Shown here: positions 24,317-36,630 of the stretch, piece by piece | Numbering within the stretch: the first letter of the stretch is position 1 | How the letters are laid out: the number at the start of each line of letters is the position of its first letter | Assembly: GCF_041956535.1 (NCBI RefSeq) | Contig: NW_027192199.1 | Span: forward strand, 551,741 to 615,740 | Length of the DNA stretch: 64,000 bases | Origin: Calcarisporiella thermophila CBS 279.70 | Taxonomy: Eukaryota; Fungi; Calcarisporiellomycota | Direction of reading: 5' to 3' | The notes under the pieces: model-generated | The model's input: the letters and a program-made list of their open reading frames with translations, nothing else | Told to the model about the DNA's origin: nothing | Databases searched by the model: none | Made by a program: the position numbers and the translations under genes

Positions 24317-27300
24317 ATGAGGCTATCTTTAGCTTCCTTTGGGCTAGTGCTGGCTGGGATCACGGGCATAAGTGCCCACGGCCACCACCACGAAAGCTTA
24401 GCGGAAATAATTCGCAGGGTAAGGGCTATACAGATGAAAAATGCCGCTATTTCCTGCTAAACCACTCCGATCACTATTGGGTTTACAGGAGCGTAGGCAA
24501 GCATGGGGCACCATATTAGAGAACCAGCAGATCGGCAAAGACAATGGGATAACTGTCAGGAATCCCGACTTCAACGTAGGCGACCCTGATGACAAATTTC
24601 CTATGCGGCCCCGAGGCGAGTGGGACATTAAGACGAACCACCCGAAAAAAATCCGCTTCACCACAGACGAGGGCACCTGGATGAATGTGGACGTCCGTCC
24701 GGACGGCAAGGAGCTTGTGTTCGATCTGCTGGGCGACCTCTATACGCTGCCCATCAAAGGAGGCAAGGCCAAGCTGCTCAAGGGGGGAGTCCCGTTCGAC
24801 ACCCAACCCCGCTACTCGCCTGACGGGAACCACGTCATCTTCCGGTCCGATCAGAGCGGCTGCGACAATGTCTGGCTCCTGTCCAGAGACGGCGGCAAAG
24901 CCCGGCCTCTCACGAACGAACCCTACCGCCATGTAAACAATGCCATGTTCCACCCCAAAGGCAAGGAGTTTGTTGCCGTCAAGTGGTACATGTCCGGCCG
25001 TTCTCTTGGCGCTGGTGAGCTTTGGCAATACAAAATCGGCGATGGTGCTAGTAGTGGAAAGCGGCTTCTTGCTCGAGTGAACGCCCAGATCGGCAACGAA
25101 GAGCCCGTCTACCACCCCCAGAATCCTAACATCATCTTCTTCTCCAAGAATGTCAAGGATGGGAGCACCTGGGAGTACGACAAGAACCCCCACGATCAAA
25201 TATACCAGATCCTGGCCATTGACCAGCACAGCAACGCCACGGCTAAAATTGCCGGCGGGGTGGGCGGAGCTGCTCGCCCCGTCGTTAGCCATGACGGAGA
25301 GTGGCTAGCATTTATCCGCACAAAAGAGTTCCGGCACGCGTTGATACTCCACAACCTTCACAACCATGAGGAGAAGATCCTCTGGGACGGGCTCTCGTCT
25401 GACAACCAAATGGTGGCGGCGGTAAGAGTTGTGCTGGTTGTTAATAGACGCTTTGACCGAAGACGATTGAGCCCCCTCTCCCTTCCCTCTATAGGCTTCA
25501 GGCGTCTATCCTTCTTTTGCATTTCTTCCCGACGACTCTGCTATTATCATCTGGGCCAAAGGAAAGCTTTGGCGTGTCCCGGTCGACTCCAAGCACGGCC
25601 ACCCGACGATCATCCCCTTTACCGCCGATGTCGAGCTTAACCTAGCCCCCACTGTTCGCAAGCACCTGTCTATTGTCAAGGCCGAGACCAAGGATTCGTT
25701 CAAGGCCAAGGCCCTAAGTTTCCTTAGCGTTTCGGCGGACGGATCCATCGCAATGAATGCCGCTGGAAGAACGTTTGGTAAGCATCTGCTTCATCAGAGC
25801 AACCCCACGGCGGCTTACATCTTTCTCTCTGATTAGTCCAAAGGCTCCCCGGAAAACCCCACGCCGTTGGGGGATCTGTCGACAATGTCCACGTGCGCCA
25901 TTATCATGCATCATTCCACCACTCGGACCCCAACTTGCTCATCCTGTGCGCGTGGGATGATCAAACCTACTCCAAGATCCAGATCGTCAACTTGAAATCG
26001 GGCAAAGTGGTCGACTTGAAGCTTCCGCCTGGCCGCTACCAGTACCCGTCTCTATCTCCCAGCACCAAAAAGGTTGCATTTGTCCGCGCGGACGGCGACA
26101 CGCTTACCGGGAGCATCAAGCACATCGGGGATGCCGGCCTCTATGTCGCGGATCTCGATGACAGCCTACAGGTAAAGAAGGGCTCACTCAAACGGCTTAC
26201 GAGATCAGCGTACGACGTGTTCCGTTTCTACGACTCGGAGGAGGTCCTCTACGCAGACGGCGACGCCGGCGAGGTGGCCACGTTGCACCTCGAAAGTGGC
26301 AAGCAAACCCTGCTGGCTCAGTGCATGGACTGCACCGAGGCTAGGCGGAGTCCGGATGGCAAACACACGGCCTTTGTCACCTACCGCGAGGTCTACATCG
26401 TCCCCACCGAATCCCTGGGGAAGAAGGTGTTCTGGACCAAGCCGGGAGTGGCTCCCCCGAAAACGGTGCGCGTTTCTTTCGGCGGCGGCCACGATATCCA
26501 CTGGTCACGTGACAGCAGCATACTTTACTACCTCAACGGTGCCAAGCTTAACTCGATCGAGGTGGAGGATGCCATTGGCTGTGCCAACGATGCCGACCTG
26601 AACTTTGGACTCTCCTGTGCCAAGAAGAAGGTCAAGAAGCACACCATCGAAATCGTGCTGCCGACCGAGCAGTCTCGCATTCGAAAGGAGAGCGACGGGC
26701 GCGCGCTGGTGCTCGACAATGCGACGTTGATCACCATGCAGAAGGGCACAGAGTCCAGTGACAAGATCTCCAATGGCCGCATTGTTGTGGAGGGGGGAAA
26801 GATCGTGTCGGTTGGCAAGCGCGATGAGGTCAAGCTTCCAAAGGGGGCCCATGTGGTAGACCTCAAGGGGCACACGGTGCTTCCCGGGTTCATCGACGCG
26901 CACGCCCACTGGAGCATGAGCACCTATCCCCTGGGCAACAACTGGCAGTTCCACGCCGCCCTCGCCTATGGAGTCACCTCGATGCACAATCCCAGCGCCG
27001 ACACCGTCCTCTCTTTCACTCAGCGCGAAACAACCCTCTCGGGCAGGGCCCTTTCTCCGCGTCTCTTTTCCACCGGCACCATCCTCTACGGCGCCGAGGG
27101 CGGGTACAGGTGTGAGGTGAACACCCTGGACGACGCCATCAGCTTCCTGAAGAACATCAAGGAGCATGGCGGCTTCAGCGTCAAGTCCTACAATCAGCCC
27201 TGCCGCGCCGCTCGTCAGATGATCCTCGAGGCGGCGCGCCATCTTGGAATGAGCGTGGTGCCCGAGGGCGGGATGCAAACGTGGTGGAATCAAAATCACG

Positions 27301-28087
27301 TGATCGATGGGCATACCACCGTGGAGCACAACCTGCCGGTGACGCTTCTCTACAACGATATTGTGAAGCTGTGGGGCGCGTCGGGAACCGCTTGGACGCC
27401 GACCATGCTAGTGTTGTATGGGGGCATCTCCGGGAAGAAATACTGGTACCAGCACACCAAGGTGTACGAGGACAAACGCTTGCGCAACTTCAACCCGCAT
27501 GCCGCGTTGGAGCAGAATTACTTCCGCTGGCAGGGCGCCGACGATCGCGACTACAAACATTTTGAGGCCGCACAATCGGTGCGAAAGATGATCAAGGCCG
27601 GGGTCAAGGTCCAGGTGGGAGCGCATGGGGAGCAGCATGGCGTCGGCTACCACTGGGAGATGTGGATGTTCCAGCAGGGCAATCTCACCAACTACGAGGT
27701 GTTCCGGGCTGCGACGCGAGATGCGGCCCAAGGCCTGGGCCTGGGTGGCATTGGCCGTATCCAAGAGGGCTATGCCGCCGACTTTGTGGTTTACCCCCCT
27801 GGAGACAATCTGCTCAAGGGCTCCCTGGTGCAGCGCAGCGACAAGATCAAGTATGTGATCAAGGGGGGTCGTGTTTTCGAGGCCTTCAACCTGGTCGAGC
27901 ACTGGCCGGTGAAGGGACGCAAGTATCCTCTGGTAAGCATAGATTTCTAGATTTCGATGTGAAGCGAATCAAGACTCATCCACTCCCCCTCTTTAAGCCT
28001 ACCCTCAACGCCCCTCAGGTCTTCTTTGCGAAGAATGTTCCACAGACCACCCCTGGCTTGCACGGGCACTTGGGTGACGAGCTGTAA
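24317..28087 (+). CDS. Secreted TolB/PD40 beta-propeller plus metal-dependent amidohydrolase. Exons 24317-24418, 24489-25421, 25495-25777, 25837-27932, 27998-28087.
   Basis: Signal peptide MRLSLASFGLVLAGITGISA; EGTWMNVDVRPDGKELVFDLLGDLY and repeated (S/R)PDG motifs; amidohydrolase PGFIDAHAH, SVKSY, TTVEH, GAHGE, GRIQEGYAADFVV. All four GT-AG introns restore the reading frame. Confidence 0.88.
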
Positions 28088-28695
28088 TCAAGTATAGAAT
28101 TCTAGAGGCAGATTTAGGGTTCGTCCTCGGGCTTGGCAAACCGCTCGATCTGCTAATACACCTCAGGAATATTATAATGAGTTAATGAAAGACGATAGAA
28201 GGGTTCAGTTAAAGCCCACATCGTGTTAAACTACCGCTAATAAGAATGTTTTATCTAACCATAATGCGACTGTCTTAATGTAATACCCTACTTCACTTAG
28301 TATTTAACAATAAAGTTTCTGCCTTCGAAGGTTTTAAGGGGGATATTTATTTTTAGAATTAGCGAAGTAACTTTTTTTCCGGGCATAGACAAATCGAATG
28401 CGTTGCCAGCACACCACAAGCTATGTTTTCTCAACCAGACAAAGGCGTTTGAAAGTGGCCAAGACGAGAAAAAAAAACTTCCGAAGGTCAGCTTGATGTG
28501 GAGGGGTCCGGTGGTGAAGAAGGTTACTTGCGGAAAGCCATTGTATAACAGAAGAATCCGTGACTGTGTTCATTTCAAATTTGATGCCTGGTCTGTGGTT
28601 GCCGCGTTTTGATCTTGGCTTCGGATAGGAGATATATTTTCCCTTGTCGCTCGACACGCTTGATTTCCTATTTATTAATAAGCCGATCTACCAGC

Positions 28696-30059
28696 ATGGC
28701 CGATATTGAGAGATTATACGTTCGGTGGCGAAACAAGTATTTGCGCAGTTATAGCGGAGGGGGATACTATATATTGTAGGAGAGTCGAGCGAAGCCGGGC
28801 ATGGGAATATTTTTTGTATTAATGTCCTGTACTCCATTTTAGCTATAATGCCGATTGCGAGCTGGACAAGTGTATAATGACATGTAGCGAGGCACACGGT
28901 TATGGGATGTTGATATCCGTACTCAAGGTTGGGTTCGAAGGTCAATTGTAGAGTGTACCGTAGTTATGACGCCATGTTTTTTCTCTCCCCCAACCATTCT
29001 AGCGCAATCAAGCCGATTTTGATGGACTGCTATACTATTTCGAGCAGTTTAAGAATTCAAAAGGCCTTATGCAATGGCAGCAAAAGACCGGCCCGCATGG
29101 CCGCTTCGTTCCGTCCGACGAGGGGGGCGAGAATTGTGCAACTGACGGGGATATTGACATTGCCGCGTCGCTCTTCCTTGCTGCGCGCTGGTTTGGAAAT
29201 TCCCACATCGACTACCGCGGCAAGGCCATTGCCCTGTGCCGTGCCATCCACGACCACTGCATTAACCACCAGACTTGGGTGCCCAAGATTGGGGACTGGA
29301 CCGACCCTGGCACTCTCCATGATAATTTGACCCGCTGCTCGGATTTCATCTTGAACCACTTCAATATCTTTTACCACGAAGACCACGAGCGCCAGCAGTC
29401 CTGGGGCCGAGTGATGGAGACCATCATCCGGATCGTTAACGAGCAGCTCGCCCTGCATCCCACGGGGCTGCTCCCCGATTTCCTTGAATTCAAGCATGGG
29501 CGATTCCAGGCCCCCCAAGGAGAGGTGCTCGAGAGTAAGCATGACGGGTGCTATAACTGGAACAGCTGCCGTGTTCCGTGGAGGTTGGCCAGTTATTTCC
29601 TACAGAGTAAGTTTGGATGGGAATGGGTGCACGTCTAATCGTTGAAGTAATCCCCGCTTTCTCTCTCTCTTCTCTCGGATGCTCCCTCCAATAGCGAAGG
29701 ATCCCCGTATCCTTCCCAGCCTACAGGCGATGTGCCGATTTTTCGCGCAGCAAAGAGAGGTCAAAGCTGGCTATAGGCTAGACGGTAAATATCATGCCTT
29801 TTTTTTTTTAGTATAATGGCAATAAACAGAGTTGCTAAGGGTTGTGGCTGGATATACTGGGTGGCTCTATTCAATAGGCCATGCCCTGGTAGATTACACG
29901 GACATGTCGTTTCTTGCGCCCGTGTCGTTTCTCTTCTGGGTCATGGGTGATCCAAGCCTTCCCCGCATCCAACAGCAGATGAATGACCTGGACGAGGAGA
30001 AGTATTTTGGACAATCGATAGCCCTGATCAACATGCTCCAAGCCGTATCCCCCTATTGA
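28696..30059 (+). CDS. Glycoside hydrolase family 8, GH8b-type (chitosanase/licheninase-like). Exons 28696-28775, 28843-28927, 29003-29606, 29695-29784, 29878-30059.
   Basis: Spliced product has YVRWRNKYL, catalytic SEAHGYGM, DFDGLLYYF, GLMQW, ATDGDIDIAASLFLAARW, RCSDF, TGLLPDF, LESKHDGCYNWNSCRVPWR, AGYRLDG and YFGQSIALI. Confidence 0.9.
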
Positions 30060-30463
30060 CCCAGTTCCTGCCAGGGAGCCGGAGACACCCCCCACCCGCA
30101 TTCCCCAATTCCCCTTTTAGTTTTTGTATTTCCCTCCCGTTTAGAAATAAATGCACTGATACAATGGGGGAAGCCAATTTCTAGAGTAGCCCCATTGCTC
30201 TCACGGTTGGCCGACCAAAAATTGCGTTTCAAGTACATAGCCCCCCCCTTCTTCTTAGTCTCGGGGGGTGAGAATGCAACAGGAATGTATTAAGGAATAT
30301 TATAAGGCATTATCTTAGCTAGTATATAATATCTAATCTAAAAAAAACAATCCTTTTTCTCCATCCCACCCTCCCCTCCAAAAAAAAGAATAGAATTCCA
30401 ATAAAACCTGCTAGATATGACCCTGAAATGCTACCCAAAAAAAAACCGATGACTCCTATCTAG

Positions 30464-32050
30464 CTAACACAGCCCCGCCGCCCGCAGACTGCTGAGCGAT
30501 TCCACAAACTCCTTCGCAGAGGACTTTGGTGTGTTCATCAGTGGGAGTCGTTTGCGGGGCAGTTCTACCACTACAAAGTGAGAGAGCAGCAACAAATAAA
30601 AAAAGCGTAAGGATCTTCATCTTGAAGCAGCCTCCAATGAACCATGCTCACCGATTCGTTTTCGTTTTGCGTTTTCTCGACACCCTTTCTCGCAGAACCA
30701 CCTGTCCTTCCCGGCAACCAAGGAGCTCTCGATGCCTCCGGGGAAGCACTTTTGGTGGAAGGCCTTGGGACATCCCTCGCAACGCACGAGAACATTGTCG
30801 GCCCAAGATTCTGGCCGTTGGCACTCCGTACAGAAGTACTGCAGCACAGGGCGGCTGCGCTCCGTGATCGACTCGCCAAAGAAGGGGGTGAGGTCCAGGC
30901 GGGGCTGTTTGCACGCAAAACCATAGCCTTTGTAGTCGCAGCCGTGCTTGTTGCAGAGGGTGCGCTTCCCCCACGGCCCCGGGCGCCAATTGACCCCCTC
31001 TGTGGTTCCACAGAAGCGGCACCAGTCGATCCCTGCTTGGGTGAGCTCGTCGAACAGGGTGGGGGAGTGTGTGGGGCGGGGGGGGATGTGTTCTGGTGTG
31101 GGCTGGTTCCCACGGCTCTCCGTCTTTGGTTTCTCCACCGAGGGCTCTGTCGTCTCGGCGTCAAGGCTCTTTCGTTTAGCCGCTTGCCTTTCCCGCCGCG
31201 GTGCTCCCGCATGTTTGGTGCCGCCGCTCGCGGCGTCGAATTCTGCGTCAGGGAGCCTCTGCAAAATGGGGTCTGTCCAGTTGCTTGGGTCAATTGCCGG
31301 TTTGTAGGAGGCAAGATACTTTTTTCCAGAGTCTCCGTACTCATCCTCGCTCAACTCGATGGCCTTGGACAGCAGGCGCGAGGAGACCACGCATGTCGGC
31401 GGCGTGCATACCTCGTCCTCATCGTCGTCCTCCAGCAGAGAGGCGAGTTCCTCCTGTTCCTCCTCCTCCGCGCTCTTTCCCTCGGGCTCGCTCGAGACAT
31501 CGCGGTGCATCTCGAGCGAGAGGCAGCGGCGCTTGGCGTGTGGCTCGTCCACGCCACCCGATGCCCTATCCTGGCCCGGGAAGGAAATGCCGAGGCCAAC
31601 CATTTCGCCGGCCTGATTGCCCGTCTCCTCCTGCCCCTCGAGGTCCATCAGGAAGAGGTCCTCGTCGAGGGCAAAGTCGGGGAGCGGGGACGATACGGGC
31701 GGGGTGGAGTGGGGCAGCAGGGCCGAGAGGCTGGACTCGGACGATGCGTCGGACACCTCCTCTGCGGCGGGCGGGCAGAGGAATACGTTATCGAGCAGGG
31801 ACTTGGACGGCGCGAGGAGGGGCGGAGAGGCGTAGTCGAAAGGCATGGCTGAGTCCGACAGAGCAGAGTGAAGGAGCTGGTGGGAGAACGCGGCATTGAG
31901 AATGGTGACATTGCACAGCTCGCACAGCTCAATGGTGGCATGCTGGCCGTGTGCGGCCAGGGGCGACAGGCTGCCGCCCAGCCTGTGGAGGCAGCTTGGG
32001 CAGAGCAGAGAGGCGTGTGTGGTGGTGGGGAAGAATTTGTGCTGGTTCAT
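30464..32050 (-). CDS. GATA-like zinc finger plus PHD finger protein; intron 30571-30651
   Basis: CRFCGTTEGVNWRPGPWGKRTLCNKHG (GATA-like) followed by CTEC...LVRCEGCPKAFHQKC...WFCEKGC (PHD); last exon VVELPRKRLPLM. Confidence 0.85.
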
Positions 32051-33087
32051 GGGCCCGAATGACTGAAAGCGGGGAGGGGAGAGAGAGAGGGAGAGAGAGA
32101 AGAGGCGAGAGATAAGAGACAAGCCGGGTGGAGACAAGATACAAAGAGTGGAAACTGTGAATTGTGGGGAGCAAAGTGGAAGGGGCGAGGCCAGCGCACA
32201 GTTATTTCTTGGAAAAAAAAACAATTCGCCACGTCGGTAGCTGAGGCTCGCACAAAAATATCAGTGTGGATGCTGGTTTCTAATTATGCTCTGAACCTTG
32301 TCCCCAATTCGACAAGAGCTGGAGAATATTTATAGATTTTAATTGATGGCTGAGGATCGAGAAGCTCCAATCTGGCCGGCCCCGCCCTGAGGGCTGGGCC
32401 TGCGCTCTCCAGCGATGTGGCCCGGCCGCAGGCAGCCGCCCGTGCGGGCCGCGCCGACGACTCCAGGCCCAGGCCGGGCTCGCGCGGCACCTGCTGTTGC
32501 AGAACAAACCAGGCGGTGTGTGCGGGAAGGGGGGGGGGTGGAGAACAGACCCAAGGATGAGGAGCGCACGTGCTAAATGTGATAGAAACAAATTACATTT
32601 GTCCCTCGATTTGGGAGGCTGAGGCGTGCCCTATGGTGTGCCCGCGTTGAGTTTGACCCTCTGCTATCGATGCCCGCTGGGATTTGAAAAGCGGCCAAGC
32701 GAGGGTCAAAAAAATAAACATGATGAAAAATTGGGTAGGCCAACTAAAACTCGCGCGCGGAGGAAGTTTTGGTTTTTGACACCACACGTTTCGTGGCTTG
32801 AGCCCCTCCAGGCCCAACCCAGGCCGGCCATTCGACCAGAGCCATGCGGGACACCGCGATCTCGGGGAAGAGCTCCAAACCTCTTGTTTTTCCGGGTCCT
32901 CACTGAGGTCCGAGAAAAGTGTATACTGGGACAAGACAACAAATCAAGAAACAAGCCATGGAATAACAGGCAGCTTACAAGAAAGAAAACACAAATAAAC
33001 AAACGTGGGGGGATGGGCCAAAGGGGCTGCGCCGCCCCTTTGGCCACTTGGTATACTATGGGGCGGGCGGGAACGAAGGCGGCGCCA

Positions 33088-33605
33088 TCAAGGCGCGAGC
33101 GGCCGCGACATAATGTGCACGTGGAACAGAGACGGGATGCTCTGATACTTGACCGGGTTGATAAACCAGACCCACTCCCGGTTGGGCAGCTCCTTGTCCA
33201 CGATGGCCTTCACGGTCGAAGCATCGATCGGCGCGGGCGACCAGAGGACATGGTGCTGGATCTCGGGCTCAAGGGCATAGGGGAAGTCATTGACGCGGAA
33301 CGCATACTGCTTCGGGCCCGAGTCCCAGCGCAGCAACTCCTTTCGCACGTAGGCGTCGAGCGAGCCGTATTCGGCGCGAATGCGCGCATTGAACTTGTTG
33401 TACTCTTGCTGCGAGCTGGGGGACCGCTTCATGAGATGCACCTGGTTTTTATCTGATAACGAAAAAAGAGATGGGGCGGGGTTAGCGCGCGGCTTGTTCT
33501 GCAAGCACAGGGGAAGCTCCATTTACTGATCAGATCAACGACATCTCCCCAGGATAACAGCGTGTCTTTGCCTCCATCGCGCTGGGGAAGATCTTGGACG
33601 GTCAT
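33088..33605 (-). CDS. DUF3605 / GIG1-family (YPL067C-like, HIT-like) protein; intron 33453-33526
   Basis: LSWGDVVDLI, NDFPYALEPEIQHHVLWS, WFINPVKYQSIPSLFHVHI. Confidence 0.85.
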
Positions 33606-33906
33606 GGAGTGCGGGCTCTATGGGGATTGGATTTTAACGTCTATGCAATGACGGTACAGGGGACCCTTTCGGGCCTTTCTTTTATAGGCGGGTGTCAATT
33701 CTAAATTTTCATTTTATTTTTAGGTCCCTTGGATGAGTCAGAAAATACATTCTCAGAAAAATTACAAAGATACTAAAAAAAAACAACATAGTGACCAACT
33801 TTTGCTTTCCATTTTTCAATGAAAAAAATTTAGACGTATATGGGGTATATAATATCCTGCCTTTTTTTGCGTTTATGACGTATTCTTTTTTTTTTCTGTC
33901 GCTCTT

Positions 33907-35077
33907 CTACTCGTAATAAACCATGGTCGATGCGTTCATGGGATTGGCCTGTAGAAATGCGGGTATAATCTCGTCGCCGACGAGCTCTTGGTGGCCATTT
34001 TGGGACGCCGGCGCGTCCGGGGATGGGACTGCGGGGGTGGGGAGCGCGAAGGACTCCTGCATCAGGCCCGCGTCCGGATAGAACTGGGTCGAGGAGGGCG
34101 GCAATGACCGTCCGGGGTACATCACCACATCGTTCGGGGTGGTGGCGGCGGTGGTCACGGTGCTCGTGGTGATGCTGGTGCAGGCGGAGGTGGAGATGTG
34201 CGGCGCAACCGATGCGCCGAGATCGGCCAGCTTCATCCCGCCCAATGAAAAGGAGACCAGCGGCGATGCGGTCGGGGGCGTGATCATGCCAAAGTAGTCG
34301 AGCTCGGAAAGGGCAAGCCCGCCCTGCCCCAGGAATTCGATTCCGCTGTTGTATCCGCTCTGAACTATCTGCTGCTCCAGCTCCTCGTCTTCCTCGTCCT
34401 CCTCATACTCCTCCATGTCAGCCGCCCCCTCCTGCTTCTGCGGCCTCTCGTCCTCGCCGCCTCCTCTCAGGTGGGAGCCCATCCCCATATCCTCCGAGCT
34501 CGTGCGCGAGCGCTTGTCCCAGTCTCTCCTCTCCACGCCCTCGGCCTCAAGAGGCCGCTTGTAGGATCGGCATATATCGGCAACCTCTTTTGAATCTAGA
34601 GTAGAATCGCCTGCGTTAAGGTCACCTCCCCGCAAGCCAGCTGAAAAGAGGAGCCACTCACCGCTGTAGTTTTCGGCAATGAAATTGGCCATGCGTATCA
34701 AATTGTCTTGGTTGCGATGCACATGGTGGCTCAAGCGCTTGATCTCCGGAATCAGATTTTGCGACACCAGCTTGTTCATATTCTGGAGGTCCCGCCGCAG
34801 AATGTGCACAAGCTCCTTGAGATCTTCTACCCGGGTCGGCTCAGAGGGGCATAGGTGAGGAGGATGCTCGACGGTGGGGGAAACCACGGGGGCCTGGTGG
34901 TCCTGCAGCTCAATATGGCCCACTTCGGGCAGTGCTTCTGCAATGGAGGGTTTCCGTGAGCTAGATGGCTCGGATCCCACGTCCGAGAGTTGAAGTGACG
35001 GCTGATGATGCGGGTGCTGCTGCTGCTGCTGGTGCTGCGGTTGTGAGTGGTGTGACGGCTGGTGCAGTATTGGCTGT

Positions 35078-35112
<35 letters not shown>

Positions 35113-35820
35113 CTGCTGTGACGGTGGCTGATCGCTTTTTGAGAGCTTGCGAGAAGATCTCGTCGCTCGGCGTCGGATGTGGCAGAGGAGGTCCTGTCTT
35201 CCACGCTGGAAAAACGGGTGCGAGAAGACGCACGCATTTTTGCTCTGTGTGTGGCGAGATTTCCGGCCATCGGACACGCGGTTGAAGCCGTAGATCTGAT
35301 AATGAGGATGAGTAAGCAACAGTGAGCGGGTTACTCAAACAGGCTTGGGTGCTCCCAATAGCAAGGTCTCTATTATTACATTTAATTGTCTCACGAACGA
35401 GGCGAATTTGCAGTGTTTGAAGAACCTAGGAAGGACGTTAGCAGCGAATTCTATTAAGGAAATAGCCGTTATGATTATTATTATTAGGGGAGAAAAATTC
35501 GAGCAAAAGAGCTAAGCGATAGGGGAGGAAGGGGTGCTTACCGTCGGTATGGTCCACGATAAAAATCTTACCGCTCTTGTCCCACGACAAATAGGCAGAG
35601 TATTCCTCAGAGTCAAGAAGCCTGTTATCCCATTCCGGGAAAAGCTCTTAGGGATGGGCTCAAAAGGTTTCATTAGTGGGGGGCTGCACTTACTGATAGA
35701 GTTTTGCCACGAAGACCGACACCGTATCATGCTCGGCGCCATCGCAGGCGTATTGGAGAGCCTCGGGGGAGAGCGCGCGGGGCGTAGTGACTGCGCTCGT
35801 GTAGTTACTCTCGAATGCAT
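33907..35820 (-). CDS. HSF-type DNA-binding transcription factor; multi-exon
   Basis: Spliced HSF domain VFVAKLY...YLSWDKSGKIFIV...[30 protein letters not shown]...FSHPFFQRGRQDLL; poly-Q tract and heptad region. Confidence 0.9.
35075..35118 (-). repeat. Coding CAG/CAA microsatellite (poly-Q) in the HSF-type gene
   Basis: Run of tgc/tgt triplets on the + strand. Confidence 0.85.
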
Positions 35821-36630
35821 GCGAGTCGTCGGAGGGGGTGGGCGAGCGAGTGATAATTCGGGGCATAGTATGAATGTTGGAGGGGGAGAGCGGGGGGGGG
35901 GAGGGGGTAATTACAAGGGAGGAAATGATACAACTACGGCCGAGAAGAAACTCAATTATATAATGGGGCGTATATGGTGTTACTTGGTTTTTAAGGCTTG
36001 CTCACTTCGGTATGATCTCCAGCGAGCCTCGACTTTACATTGGTAAGGGCGGGTCTACTCGGATTGCAGGGCGACAAGAAAGAGAGGGTGTGCAATGGGG
36101 CGTGAAATGGAATGCTCTCGAGGAGATAAAAAAAAACGAAAAAAAGAAACGAGAGGAAAGCGCACAGGCCAATTTTTTTGAAATGGCGTTTTCAAAATAT
36201 TCGCGCGAAAATAAATAAAAATGAGGTTAAAGTTCCCCCTTATCGCACTCAACCTCGGGTGGAGGGTGGTGCAAGCAGTCGCCCACAAAAACGAGCAGCA
36301 CCCAACCTGCCGGTGCTGGCCAGAGGAAGGGTTACATCCGGCGAGGAGAGGCAACCGAAGGTTTCCCCGGGCGCCCTCCCCAGGTCCGCTTAGGGCGGGC
36401 ACCGAGCCTGTGTCCGTGTGAGGCCTCCCTGGATTGCGGCTGGAGGATGGACCAGGTGGGCCGAGGAGGGGAGGCCCAGGGGGGAGGGGGGCCGTGAGTT
36501 CCGCCCTCTTTTCTCCCCGTGCTCCGTGGCACAGGGCGTACAGCGCAAACCTTAAGGCCCGCTCTGTGAATGCGAAAAGATAGAATTTATTTTTCTAGTT
36601 TACATTATTACATGAACAGACAGGCGTGCG

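Noticed and set aside
25778-25893. Apparent frameshifts or pseudogenisation in the amidohydrolase, and likewise in the GH8 and INPP4-like genes
   Set aside because: Canonical GT-AG introns restore the frame at each break.
24516-27902. Long antisense ORFs opposite the amidohydrolase
   Set aside because: Shadow frames caused by high GC3 codon usage; no motifs.
24317-30059. Recent horizontal-transfer island or bacterial contamination inferred from high GC
   Set aside because: Both genes have spliceosomal introns, and neighbouring core eukaryotic genes share the GC elevation.
30571-31899. Overlapping 232-402 aa ORFs over the GATA-PHD gene
   Set aside because: GC-rich shadow and alternative frames with low-complexity Arg/Ala/Pro translations.
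32626-33456. 276-aa + strand ORF
   Set aside because: Partly antisense to the DUF3605 gene and partly GC-rich promoter DNA; no motifs.
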